From: Malacoraja senta
Lineage: Eukaryota
Assembly (NCBI GenBank): GCA_038087875.1
Contig: CM075989.1
Span: 23,190,001 to 23,254,000 of the forward strand
DNA length: 64,000 bases
Direction: 5' to 3'
In this document: positions 38,501-48,240 of the stretch, in pieces
Layout: every line of letters begins with the position of its first letter
Numbering within the stretch: position 1 is the stretch's first letter
Program-made: the position numbers and the translations under genes
Notes under the pieces: model-generated
Seen by the model: only the letters and a program-made list of their open reading frames with translations
What the model was told of the DNA's origin: nothing
Database searches by the model: none

Positions 38501-41500
38501 TGGCTGGTATCTCTAACATGAGGGATAATGAGGGTGTGATTCATATTTCACTGTGTACAATATCCTGGTGCAGTATGAATGATGGCCCTCCCACTGTAGA
38601 ACCGTTCATTTAATTGGGCTGAGGAGATGGGTCATATGTGATAGGAGCAGAATTAGGCCATTCGGCCCATCAAGTCTCCTCCCCCATTCAATCATGGCTG
38701 ATCTATCTCTCCCTCCTAACCCCATTCTCCTGCCTTCTCCCCATAACTCCTGGCACCCATACTAATCAAGAATCTATCTCTGCCTTAAGAATATCCATCA
38801 ACAATCAAGTGGCAAAGAATTCCACAGATTAACCACCCTCTGACTAAAGAAATTAGTGGATTTGACGGCACACCTGGGACAATTTTCACATCCACATTTC
38901 AGCAAAGCATTATGCCTTGTTTAACTCGCCTTCATTGCGTAAAAGGCTCTGAATGTCTACCTGGCAATGGACCACCTTGCTGTATAACATCTTCTAAATG
39001 GATGTAAAGTCAAGTCGCATCTTTGTAATTTTTACTCAACTCCTCAAACCTCTTTGTTTGTTTTGATCTGTGTTGAAAGTGCAGCACCCACTTTGTATTA
39101 TGTTCCTGTTCACACCCTTATTAATGACGCACGTTCCTCCTTCTCTCCTCCACCCCTAGGTTTCGCAGCATTGCAAAGTCTTATTTCCGAAAAGCTCACG
39201 GTGTGTTACTGCTGTATGATGTGACTTCAGAGATGAGTTTCTTGAATGTCCGGGAATGGATCGATGAAATTAAGGTACAATTCAAACTGCTTGTCCGTGC
39301 TTTTCATTCTGCTTGAAACGTCTTCACATTTTTACCATGCTGTATTTTTTGTACCCCATTCACATTGTGCATGGACTCTTGCCAAGTGGATAACAGTATC
39401 GTTGGTGTCCTGGTCAACTCCATTGACATCTTCTGGGGTTGTTTGATCGACCTCTATAGGGTGTTCAGGCTCAATTGTATGTCAATCTCTGTCTTTCTGC
39501 AACTTCTGCGGCACTGCAAAGCCTTACTTCAGCACTACCAGATCCTAAACAGTAAAGGGCACAAAGTGCTGGAGTACCTCAGCGGGTCAGGTAGCATCTC
39601 TGGAGAATGTGGACTGAAGAAGGGTTTCAACCTGAAACATTACCTTTCCATGTTCTCCAGAGGTGCTGCCTGACCTGTTCATGCACTCCAGCATTTTGTG
39701 CCCTTTTGTGGATTAACCAGCATCTGCAGTTCTTTGTCTCTCCAAAACAGTCAACTTTGTTAATATGTCTGGCACATTCGGGACTTTAGTGACAGTCTGG
39801 CAGTTTTTCTGAAATATTGGGTATTAGCCCTACCAACTTAATTCACTTTTGCTGAATAATAGATCAGCTAATATTGAATGGCGGAGTAGACTCGATTGGC
39901 TCAATGGCATAATTCTGCTCCTATGTCTCGTGGTCTTATATGCAGAACTATTGAGGGGCAGATAGGGTAAATAGCAATCATTTCTCCACTGCAGAGGTGT
40001 CCAAAACAAAAGGCCCTTGGTTTGGAGTAGGGGGTGTTTGATTTAGCAATGAACCGCAATGAGAAAACATTTTAATTGGGAAAATTGGAATCTGGAACTG
40101 GCTGCCTGAGTGGGCAGAGGAGGCAGGTTCTCTGACAGCAGTCAACTAATATTTCTACGAGCATTGAACTGTGAAGCCAAAGGCTGTGAACCTGTTAGTG
40201 ATGCATGGATTAGTATGGTTAAGACTTGATGGGTGGTAGGGACGTGATGGGCTGAAGGGCCTGTTTCTCTAAAGTATCTCTAAAGTAAAGACAGTAGATG
40301 CCCGTTCCCCAGATGTCTGTAATTTGCATTTTGCTGTACAATATTGCTAAATCACCTTTTGCTAAGTAAAACAATAACAAAAATACTATCCTTTTCAGAA
40401 TTCGACTGATGGTCCAATACCAATCATTTTAATTGGGAATAAAATTGATTTAAGAAACGAGAGGCCTCAAGCACAGCGAGGTGCTGTATTGACTGCCCAT
40501 GGAGAGAAGCTAGCTATGGTATGAATTGTCCTACACTTTTTACATGCATTTAATTTCTCATTATTGTTTTTAATAATTATGCAAAATTAAATAGTACAAT
40601 TTCTCTTTAATGCAGATTTGGTAGATATAACCACTCTATTCCTAAGCAAAATATCTTTCTAAAGAGCAGTTATGTTATATATTTTTAATGCTTTCATGAT
40701 GATTGAATGTTCTATCATTTTGTTCTGGATTTGCATATTCTGGGTTAATTCATTACAGATGGTACATGGATGGGTTTAAAGGGATATAGGGCAAATGTGG
40801 GCAGGTAGGACTAGTGTAGGTCGGTGTGGGCAAGTTGGACGGTGGGACTGTTTCCACGCTGTATTAATCTCTGTGACTCCCTATGTTAAGATGATGCACT
40901 GTGTAGAACAATACAAAGTAAATTCTGTGCCTCACTTTTCTCTAGACATATAATGCTCTGTTTTGTGAAACAAGTGCAAAGGATGGGACCAATGTGGTAG
41001 AAGCAGTTCTGCACCTAGCCAGGTAAGGTCGTTTTCAACTTGGCACATATCTACAGTATACACTTTTGCAGCAATATACAGTATAACTGCTGCAAATGGT
41101 ATTTTCCAAGAATTTTCCAAAATGAAAAATAATGGATTCACTGTGTGAATAGGTGATCAGTGAGCCAAAGGGTTGTTTCCAAGTTGTATCTTTAAACCAA
41201 ATCATATACATTGACTATTGGAGATAGAGTCACCGTTGAGTAACTGTGTTGAATGAGAGAGAAATGTTGATCTGGGTATAGAAGTTTACTTGTCTTATAT
41301 CGTGCTGTATTTATCTGTGTGTTCCTGCACTGGGATCATGAGAACCCGTGTATTCATTGTTGCTTTGCCAAAAGAGATTTGAAAAACCTGAAGAAATAGC
41401 CAAAGTATATATACCAAGCTACACATTACAACGTGGAAATGTGCACTGAGCAATGTGGTGCAGTTTCACTGGGGAAAGTCTTGGTGCCTGCCCAACAAGC

Positions 41501-44405
41501 CATTATTCAAGAATGAGCCATGTTGATTAATGATGCCAAACTTGAATGAAATGGAAGGGGTTTGATATTAGACCGTTTTGTGATACTCCTATTCTCTAGA
41601 GGGGAATGGGAATCCTGGTTGTTTAACATGTAACCAATAGTTAGGAAGGCTGAGATGTAGAAGAAATTAATGCAATCTAGATTAATTTGGAGTTATAAGT
41701 TGCTCCCAATTTCCTAAAAAAAAAATTTTGCATATGTCTTTCCTGAGACCCAGGTAACTTTTTTTATTGCAAGATAAAAAATAAAAATGGACACTTTCTG
41801 GGGGGGAAGCAACAGGAAAAATAGTAAGGTAGACACAAAATGCTGGAGTAACTCAGTGGGAGAATCAGCATCTCTGGATAGAAGGAATGGGTGACGTTTC
41901 GGATCGCGACTCTTCTTCAGACTGAGTTAGGGGAGAGGGAGACACAGATACGGGTAAGGTGTGAAAACAAAACACCAAAAGAGATGCAGATCAAGGAAAA
42001 TGTGGAAAAGATAATTGTTCCAAGGTCCAAGCTCATAATTCCATGGTCCTTTTTAGCACCATCACCTCCATCATTTGTCCTGCCGCCAGCACCAGCTTAA
42101 CTGGGTCCCCTGCTAAGTGCGAGGAATTTACTACATTTTTTAACCAGCAAGGTAGAGAACATAAGAACGAATATTTCCCCTCCCACCCATGACCTGGCTG
42201 TCTCATTGGTCTGCTCTTCAAAATTAGGTTGATTCCAACCCGTTACTCTACCCTCCCTTGTAAAACTGATCACCACCATGAAACCTACTACCTGCCCCCT
42301 CGACACTGTCCCCTCTGCCCTCCTAAAGGACGTCATTACAACAGCTGGTCCCAGCATCCTCGCCATCTTCAACAGCTCTCTGGCCACTGGCACTGTACCT
42401 ACCTGCTTCAAGCACGCGGTGGTCCAGCCACTCCTGAAAAAACCTAACCTCGACCCCACCTTGCCAAGCAACTACAGACCCATTTCTAAACTCCCTTTCC
42501 TCTCAAAAGCCCTTGAAAAGGTAATTTTAAGTCAACTTATGCCTTACCTTCACCAAAACACTACCTTGGAAACTTTCCAATCAGGTTTCAGGGCTCACCA
42601 TAGCACAGAATCTGCCTTGTTGAAGGTACACAATGACCTACTGCTCACCGTTGACTCCGGCGACTGTGCAATCCTGCTCCTTCTTGACCTCAGCGCAGCA
42701 TTTGATACTGTCGACCACGGCATCCTAATTGACTGTCTCCGGTACGGGGTTGGTATTGATGGCACTGCCCTGAGCTGGTTCATCTCCTACCTCAAATGTA
42801 GGAGTTTCTCGACTAACATAGGGAACTCTTTCTCCTCTCCAGCTAATCTCTGCTGTGGGGTTCCACAAGGTTCCATCCTTGGCCCCATTCTCTTCTCCCT
42901 GTATATGCTCCCCTTAGGCCAAGTCATTGAAAGGCACGGCATTTCCTTCCATTGCTACGCAGACGATACACAACTCTATCCCCCCCTGAAGCCCAAAAAC
43001 CAATCAAATCTGCTTAACCTTACCCACTGCCTCGAGGATATAAAGTGTTGCATGGCCCAGAACTTCCTCCAACTAAACGAGAGTAAGTCTGAGGTCATCC
43101 TTCTCGGCCCCTCGGACTCAATCAAAATGATAGCAGGCAGCCTTGGAAGCCTTACCCCACTACTCAAACCTCACATCAAAAACCTTGGCATGATATGTGA
43201 CTCAGCACTGAAATTTGACAAACAAGTCAATGCCGTGGTAAAAGCTAGCTTCTTTCAGCTTCGGACGATAGCTAAAATAAAACAATTCCTCCACTTTGAT
43301 GACCTCGAAAAGATCATCCACACATTTATCTCCTCCCGCCTAGGTTACTGCAACTCCCTTTACACTGGCATCAGCCAATCTTCCCTATCCCGCCTGCAAC
43401 TGGTCCAAAATGCCGCAGCGAGACTTCTGACGGGCACCCGAAACAGGGACCACATCACCCCGATCCTGGCCTCTCTCCACTGGCTCCCTGTGCGGTTCCG
43501 TATACATTTCAAGATCCTCCTCTATGTCTACAAAGCCCTCAATGGGCTTGCCCCCACCTACATCAAAAGTCTTCTTACCCACCACTCCACCTCCAGGTCC
43601 CTCAGATCGTCCGACTTGGGGTTGCTGAATATCCCGCAGTCTAGGCATAAGCTCAGGGGCGACCGCGCCTTTGCGGTTGCAGCTCCTAGACTGTGGAACA
43701 GCATCCCCCTTCCCATCAGAACTGCCCCCTCCATCGACTCCTTTAAGTCAAGACTAAATACTTATCTATACTCCCAAGCCTTTCTTGACGTCCTCTGAGC
43801 GAGGGCTGTATGTATATATGTATGTAGTTTGTTTGTTTATACTATTCTTATAACAAATGTAAAGCACTTTGGCCAACGAGAGTTGTTTTTTAAATGTGCT
43901 ATATAAATAAATGTGACTTGATTGTTAGCTGGAACAAGGTGACAACGAAGCAAATAGAGATAACATTTGATCAGGGACAGTCAGGCTTGTCAGGGAACTT
44001 GGAAGGGGGAGGGATGGAGTTATTAAACATCCAAGCAGTAGTATGTCAAATTTTAATCCAGCCCTTGTGACAAGCCAGATGGACTTAGTTGAAGGACCTT
44101 CCTTGGGGCCAAAGGGAAATGGACTTCAGCATGCCTTGGAATAGAAGATGCATCAACTAATCTCGTTCCATTTTGTTCCCTCCCCCCCCAACTAATGTGC
44201 CAGTCCACACCAAGCCATTTCAATTCTAGAAATCTGGTCTCCAGTAAGGTTGGTTGGATATATCTGCACAATCTGTTACATAATACCATTTCTTTCCCAT
44301 TGCAGAGAAGCGAAAAAGAATGCAAGCCTCAGGAAAAGTGAACCGCCGATGAAACTACTAGCAACTGATGGGAAAAAAATGATGAATAATTGCTGTAAAA
44401 TGTAG
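5396..44405 (+). CDS. RASEF: RASEF/Rab45-family large Rab GTPase gene, 16 coding exons (about 573 aa) equivalent to human RASEF exons 2-17; 5'-partial (EF-hand exon not found); possibly the rasef2-type paralog
   Basis: Manually spliced exons all have AG/GT boundaries and consistent phases: 5396-5545, 13962-14052, 16957-17052, 22752-22829, 24313-24428, 25845-25913, 26550-26628, 29231-29292, 30928-31150, 32618-32737, 35824-35968, 37006-37087, 39160-39274, 40399-40518, 40946-41022, 44306-44405 (sum 1723 nt = 1 + 574 codons incl. stop). The translation is colinear with RASEF as recalled (e.g. [70 protein letters not shown]). Confidence 0.93.
7843..8195 (-). mobile_element. Ribozyme-headed short retroposon (family A), interrupted by a Penelope pLTR palindrome (about 7903-8104)
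   Basis: TSD CCTTGCTAACC at 7832-7842 and 8196-8206; (GAA)-type tail; homologous to 48101-48240. Confidence 0.8.
8142..8195 (-). ncRNA. Minimal HDV/CPEB3-like self-cleaving ribozyme (family A, copy 1)
   Basis: GGGGUGG-AA-GAUUGCA-ACC-UUCACGU-GGU-CCGCCCU-GU-UUCGA-CUAA-UGCAAUC folds as the P1/P2/P3/L3/P1.1/J4-2 nested double pseudoknot with a G1.U wobble. Confidence 0.8.
8948..9080. repeat. 43-bp tandem triplication inside an HE1 SINE
   Basis: GGGAGTAAACTGGAGATCCAGGAGAAGTCCCACGCAAGTCACG x3. Confidence 0.9.
11398..12925 (-). mobile_element. CR1 LINE ORF2 3' portion (degenerate RT) with 3' tail
   Basis: [16 protein letters not shown]…[39 protein letters not shown]; (TTTCTATG)n tail. Confidence 0.9.
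13962..14052 (+). CDS. RASEF: RASEF-like coiled-coil exon ([30 protein letters not shown])
   Basis: ttgtag acceptor / gtgagg donor, phase-compatible, heptad-rich. Confidence 0.9.
15043..15443. mobile_element. hAT-like MITE with 8-bp TSD
   Basis: TIR CAAAGATCCTAYAGC; TSD GTGTGAAG at 15035-15042 and 15444-15451. Confidence 0.85.
16550..16807. mobile_element. PIF/Harbinger-like MITE nested in an HE1 SINE
   Basis: TIR AGGGCCTGTC…; TSD TAA at 16547-16549 and 16808-16810. Confidence 0.85.
16957..17052 (+). CDS. RASEF: RASEF-like coiled-coil exon ([32 protein letters not shown])
   Basis: ttgcag acceptor, weak gtgctt donor, 96 nt phase 0-0. Confidence 0.87.
17480..18250 (+). mobile_element. CR1 LINE 3' fragments
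   Basis: [14 protein letters not shown] motifs and the conserved CR1 3' UTR. Confidence 0.8.
19282..19835 (-). mobile_element. CR1 LINE 3' fragment
   Basis: ORF 19365-19898 [11 protein letters not shown]…RGHSLRI…WNSLPQ. Confidence 0.88.
20633..20799 (-). mobile_element. Ribozyme-headed short retroposon of about 167 bp (family B)
   Basis: TSD AACCAGC(A/T)ACT at 20622-20632 and 20800-20810; (GAA)n tail. Confidence 0.78.
20748..20799 (-). ncRNA. Minimal HDV/CPEB3-like ribozyme (family B)
   Basis: GGGGCC-AA-GGAAAGA-GCG-UUCCCGU-CGC-GGCCCU-GU-UUCCA-CCAA-UCUUUCC; same fold with different, compensatory P1/P2/P3 sequences (P1 is 6 bp). Confidence 0.75.
20936..21149. mobile_element. Harbinger-like MITE (related subfamily, right end degraded)
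   Basis: TTA|AGGGCCTGTCCCACTT left end and internal inverted repeats. Confidence 0.65.
21362..22445 (+). mobile_element. Rex1/Babar-type LINE 3' fragment (RT, frameshifted) with (CATT)n tail
   Basis: [44 protein letters not shown]…FYRSTIES. Confidence 0.88.
22752..22829 (+). CDS. RASEF: RASEF-like exon ([26 protein letters not shown])
   Basis: cctttag / gtaagt; resembles RASEF KEDVAALKKQIYDL. Confidence 0.9.
23337..23658. mobile_element. PIF/Harbinger-like MITE
   Basis: Long TIRs; TSD TTA at 23334-23336 and 23659-23661; homologous to 16550-16807. Confidence 0.85.
24313..24428 (+). CDS. RASEF: RASEF-like exon ([30 protein letters not shown]...)
   Basis: ggtag / gtaaat; resembles RASEF [24 protein letters not shown]. 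Confidence 0.9.
25845..25913 (+). CDS. RASEF: RASEF-like exon ([22 protein letters not shown])
   Basis: accag / gtgagt, 69 nt phase 2-2. Confidence 0.87.
26550..26628 (+). CDS. RASEF: RASEF-like exon ([26 protein letters not shown])
   Basis: ttcttag / gtacgt; strong match to RASEF ANRKLHDSNDGLRSALE. Confidence 0.92.
27300..28021 (-). mobile_element. CR1 LINE 3' fragment
   Basis: 204-aa ORF 27400-28014, CR1 ORF2 C-terminus; very similar to 11398-12110. Confidence 0.9.
29231..29292 (+). CDS. RASEF: RASEF-like linker exon ([20 protein letters not shown])
   Basis: tctccag / gtttgc; supplies the phase 0 to phase 2 change needed between the flanking exons; poorly conserved sequence. Confidence 0.7.
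30928..31150 (+). CDS. RASEF: RASEF-like acidic linker exon (…[11 protein letters not shown]…EYDSE…ASDAE)
   Basis: ttgtag / gtgagt; DSGxST, EYDSE and ASD motifs as in RASEF. Confidence 0.9.
32618..32737 (+). CDS. RASEF: RASEF-like exon (TPEVRTE…[26 protein letters not shown])
   Basis: ctctcag / gtaacg; resembles WKPQGSVS…SSRKPISALSPQ. Confidence 0.88.
33416..34588 (-). mobile_element. TSD-flanked GC-rich non-autonomous retroelement with (TGTCCTT)n tail
   Basis: TSD AAAATATGG at 33407-33415 and 34589-34597; AATAAA plus tandem tail at the left end; no RT ORF. Confidence 0.65.
35824..35968 (+). CDS. RASEF: Rab domain exon with P-loop ([21 protein letters not shown]…IQTTLG)
   Basis: G1 GxxxxGKS motif; ttttcag / gtgagc. 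Confidence 0.95.
37006..37087 (+). CDS. RASEF: Rab domain exon ([27 protein letters not shown])
   Basis: G3 WDTAGQE; tttccag / gtacgg. Confidence 0.96.
39160..39274 (+). CDS. RASEF: Rab domain exon ([38 protein letters not shown])
   Basis: Rab family motifs; cccctag / gtacaa. Confidence 0.96.
40399..40518 (+). CDS. RASEF: Rab domain exon (…[12 protein letters not shown]…HGEKLAM)
   Basis: G4 NKxD; ttttcag / gtatga. Confidence 0.95.
40946..41022 (+). CDS. RASEF: Rab domain exon ([26 protein letters not shown])
   Basis: G5 ETSAK; tctctag / gtaagg. Confidence 0.96.
42020..43920 (+). mobile_element. L2 LINE, 5'-truncated, with 506-aa open ORF2 segment (42278-43798, RT domain)
   Basis: [64 protein letters not shown] at 42014-42019 and 43921-43926. 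Confidence 0.93.
44306..44405 (+). CDS. RASEF: RASEF-like terminal coding exon ([10 protein letters not shown]…[10 protein letters not shown])
   Basis: ttgcag acceptor, C-terminal di-cysteine prenylation motif, TAG at 44403-44405. Confidence 0.92.
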
Positions 44406-44738
44406 AGCTAAGCCTTGGTGAATTGCAGTCTTTCACTAACCTTGGGCTATCCTTGGGATTTGTAACGCAAAAAAAACTTTTTTTGCAAATCTTTACTCTC
44501 ATTTGAGAGCATCTTGATTTTATGGCCAATATGTTTGGCAAATAATGTATATTTGTGGGTAGCAGGTTTATAAATGTACATATTTAAGCAGAAGCACACT
44601 TATTTTCTATTTTGTGATGGCATTGTATGAATATAAAATCTGACACTCTAAATGTAAAAAGTAAACTAGTTTTGTAAAATGAAGGAATGTTTGAAATGGC
44701 ATGAACTGTTCAAAGCAAGCTGTCTGATTTTAATCTGA

Positions 44739-44744
44739 AATAAA
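44739..44744 (+). terminator. polyadenylation signal of the RASEF-like gene
   Basis: AATAAA about 335 nt after the stop, in AT-rich unique sequence. Confidence 0.6.
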
Positions 44745-44923
44745 ACTGATTACAGTATCTGAATTTAATGTTTATCACTGCCAACTGTTTCCACCTGCAC
44801 ATTCACTTCTGGCAGCAAGTGTTGAAATGGGTTTGAGTTACTCGAGTGGCAGCAGAGAGTTTAAAAAAATAGCTCCAAGAGTGGCAGCATCTCTCTCGGC
44901 AAACAATATCTTTAAATCTGAAA

Positions 44924-45796
44924 TCGATATAACTAAAAGTCTCATCTTGACCACTTCCTGTCTACGCTGTTAATTGATTTTAGAAAAAAAACGCTGCCCT
45001 ATATCGCTATGATTTTTGGCCATCTTACTCACAGTCCTCCTCCGCTGTGGCAGCCCCAAGGATTTTTCCGATCGCTGAAAAATAAAAAAGTTATGAATGT
45101 TTTAAAAATCTTGAGATCAGCTGATTGGTCCTCTCGCCTGTCAATCACCATGATGACGGTAATGCCCCTTCCGGGGGGGGCGGAGTCGGGAGTATAAAAC
45201 CCCGGATGGCTGGACGTGAGTCAGTCACTCTGGAAGATTGCGAGTGAGAGGCCACAACTGTAATTCTAAGCTGTGAGTTAACTGAACTGTGAGACTGCAA
45301 TGTACTTGCAATAAATGATTTGTTAGCCCTAAATGAAAATGCAATGAGTTGTTTGGCCTGCCCTGTGCTTTTGCTTTGCTTGACCTCACTTGAAATGAAA
45401 GCAAATGGATTGTATATTGTTGGCTGGCCACGCCTGCCCTGTGCTTTTTGCTTTGACCTCGCCTGAAATGAAAGCAAATGGATTGTATATTGTTGGCTGG
45501 CCCCGCCTGCCCTGTGCTTTTGCTTAACTTTGCTTGACCTCACCTGAAATGAAAGCAAATGGATTGTATATTGTTGGCTGGCCCCGCCTGCCCTGCCCTG
45601 TGCTTGACTTGACATGAAATGGATTGTTGGCCCTGCACTCACTGTGCTTGACTTGACCCACAACACCCATGCTAGCGCTCCAGAACCCCCCCCTCCCCCC
45701 ACTGGCCACCAATATTGGAATTGGTGGAGAGGTGGAATATTGCGTTGGGGGACCACCTGTGTGAACCTGGGACCCAACGGGTCCCACTTAATCTAG
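44924..45796 (+). mobile_element. Non-autonomous Helitron-like element with internal tandem repeats of about 70 bp
   Basis: A|TC… 5' end, subterminal hairpin TGGGACCC-AAC-GGGTCCCA (45768-45786), CTAG|T 3' end, no TSD. Confidence 0.75.
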
Positions 45797-48100
45797 TGTT
45801 AAATATAATGCTCAGTCCAGGATTTACGTCTATACTAATTTTAATTGTCATGTTATTAGTGTAATTGTCATTATTCTCTCCTCTCCTCTCGCACATCTTC
45901 CGTTTTGAAGTTACCATCCATATAGAGATACAAGAGACTGCAGATGCTGATGGGTTGATTGGGAGATATTGAACAGAGGCCAGTATTTTTTATAAAAAGA
46001 CAAAAGGATTGAAGTTGAAAATTGTGAAGCCAGATGAAATAACGGCAGGGAAGGGGGAGAAAAATAGGCGCCAAACTGGCGATGTTTGATCACTATTGCC
46101 CAATGTCTGATTTTATTTTCAATTCAGCAATTCAAATAGCTCATGTGTGCATGTAGCATGCACAGAACCATATTGGAGCATAGGCTTTTAAGTAGCACAT
46201 AATCAATCACCTGCCACATGACAACATCCATTTCCAACAAAGGCGAGTCTTAACCACCTAACCTTAACATTTGTGCACATTATCAAAACCGAGTGTTTGG
46301 CGTGGTCATCCTTGACTTTTTTTTACCATAATCCAGATAAACTACAAGTATCAAAGCAAGTGGGTAACACCTCCTGCCTCTCCAAGGCCTTTCCACCATC
46401 TGCAAAGCATTAATCAGGAGTAAGATGACTACTCTCCACTTGTCTGGATGAGTACATCTCCAACAAATGTCAGCACATTCTATGGTCCAGGGCAAAGCAG
46501 CCGACTTGAATGGCATTTCAAAAACTACCTGAAACCTTCCTTCCCTCCATCACACAGCAGTTATAATGTGTACTGTTGACAATATGCACTGTAGTTATTC
46601 ACCCAGGCGTCTTCAATAGCTTCTCCCAATCCACCGACCACTACCACTAAATAAAAAGTAAGGACAGCAGGTGCAGAGGATCGCCACCACTTACAGGTAC
46701 CCCTCCAGGTTGGCACAATCCTAATTTGGAAATATATTGCCATTCTATTGGCTTTGCACTAGCCAACTGCACTTAGAGGACTGAAGCAGTTCAGGAAGGT
46801 TTGTTTTTGGCCACCATCGTCTCAAGTTAAATGGACAACAAATGATCAGATTATAACCAGCACCCAGATCCTGAACAATGCAAAAATACTTTTGCTGATT
46901 TGCTTCCATCTACTGGCACACAAGGTCTGCTGCAGTGCATGCAGCAGTACAGAGATTAGCTTACTTACTATAAAACAGTACAGCACAGGAACAGGCTCAC
47001 AATGTCCACACCAAACATGAGGCCAGGTTCAATGGATATTTATTGTCATGTATGCAATTAAACATGACTGTGAAATTCATTTTACATATAATGCTGGCGC
47101 TGCCATGTTTGGTGCCATTTCATCAAGTTCAAAGTCTGGATTCCCGCGTGTTCGTTATACCGGGGCGGCTCCCGATCCCCTTGGCCGGCAAACCTTCGTC
47201 ATTCTTCTTCTCACGGGCCATCTTGTGTCCTGGGGCGACCTCCTGTGCTGGAAGCATTGCCCTGGTCCACCCTCCTACCAGCCCCGTCCACCCTCCTACC
47301 AGCCCCTGCTCTCCACGACCAATGTCTGCAGTGACTCCATCCAGGTATTCCATATCCGACGAGCTTTCGGGCGGTTCCGCGTCCGAGGAGCCTCCAAGTG
47401 AGTTTGGCCGCCTGTCGAAGCCTCTCCGCCGGTTTCAGATGACGAACAAAGTCCCCATGTGTGTTCAGCCGTCCGACGGAGACTCCGGCGGTTCTGCGTC
47501 AAACAAGCTCCGGGCGGGCTTGGCCGTCCGAGCCTTTGGGGCATCATGGCTGTGGCATCTCGTTTAAAGGCTTGTTCCGCAGCCTAATCTCCTCTGCCTG
47601 CACGTGATTTATATCCCACCATTCCCTATATATTCATGTGCGGTTTAGACTGTTAACTGTGGACTGCATCCAGGTGAATCATCTTTACCAGTGTGTAAAT
47701 GCAGTGTAACCATGCTTACAGAAGGAAAGTAGATAATTAATCTAAGACAAAATGGTGGAAATATGGCTTGCTTCCAAGATAGAAAGTGTGCAACTGGTTA
47801 GTTGATTTCCAGCATTTTCTAGTTTTATTTGAGTGCACCAGGGAAAAAAGAATAGAAAGTCACATTGACAGAATTAACTGGGGTGGAAGGCTCCTATTAG
47901 GTAGTAATAAGAAGGAATTGCAAAAGCTGGTTTACCAAAGAAAGACAAAATGCTGGAGTAACTCAGTGAGTCAGGCAGATCCCTGGAGAACGTGGATAGG
48001 TGACATTTTGGGACAGGACTTTTCTTCAGACTTCAGTCAGGTAGAAAGATTTGTCTTTGTGCTTACACCCTGTGTGATTGTGAATTAACAGTGAGATGCC

Positions 48101-48240
48101 TTCTTCTTCTTGCATATGGCGTGCACAGCCTAAAGTTGTAGGACAACTTGTTCTATTAGATCTTATTTGATTGTGCACTCCAGGTTGATTGCATTCGTCG
48201 AAACAGGGCGGACCAAGTGAAGGTTGCAATCTTCCACCCC
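48101..48240 (-). mobile_element. Ribozyme-headed 140-bp short retroposon (family A)
   Basis: TSD GTGAGATGCC at 48091-48100 and 48242-48251; (GAA)n tail; 5' end coincides with ribozyme G1. Confidence 0.82.
48187..48240 (-). ncRNA. Minimal HDV/CPEB3-like ribozyme (family A, copy 2)
   Basis: GGGGUGG-AA-GAUUGCA-ACC-UUCACUU-GGU-CCGCCCU-GU-UUCGA-CGAA-UGCAAUC; canonical CGAA J4/2. Confidence 0.8.
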
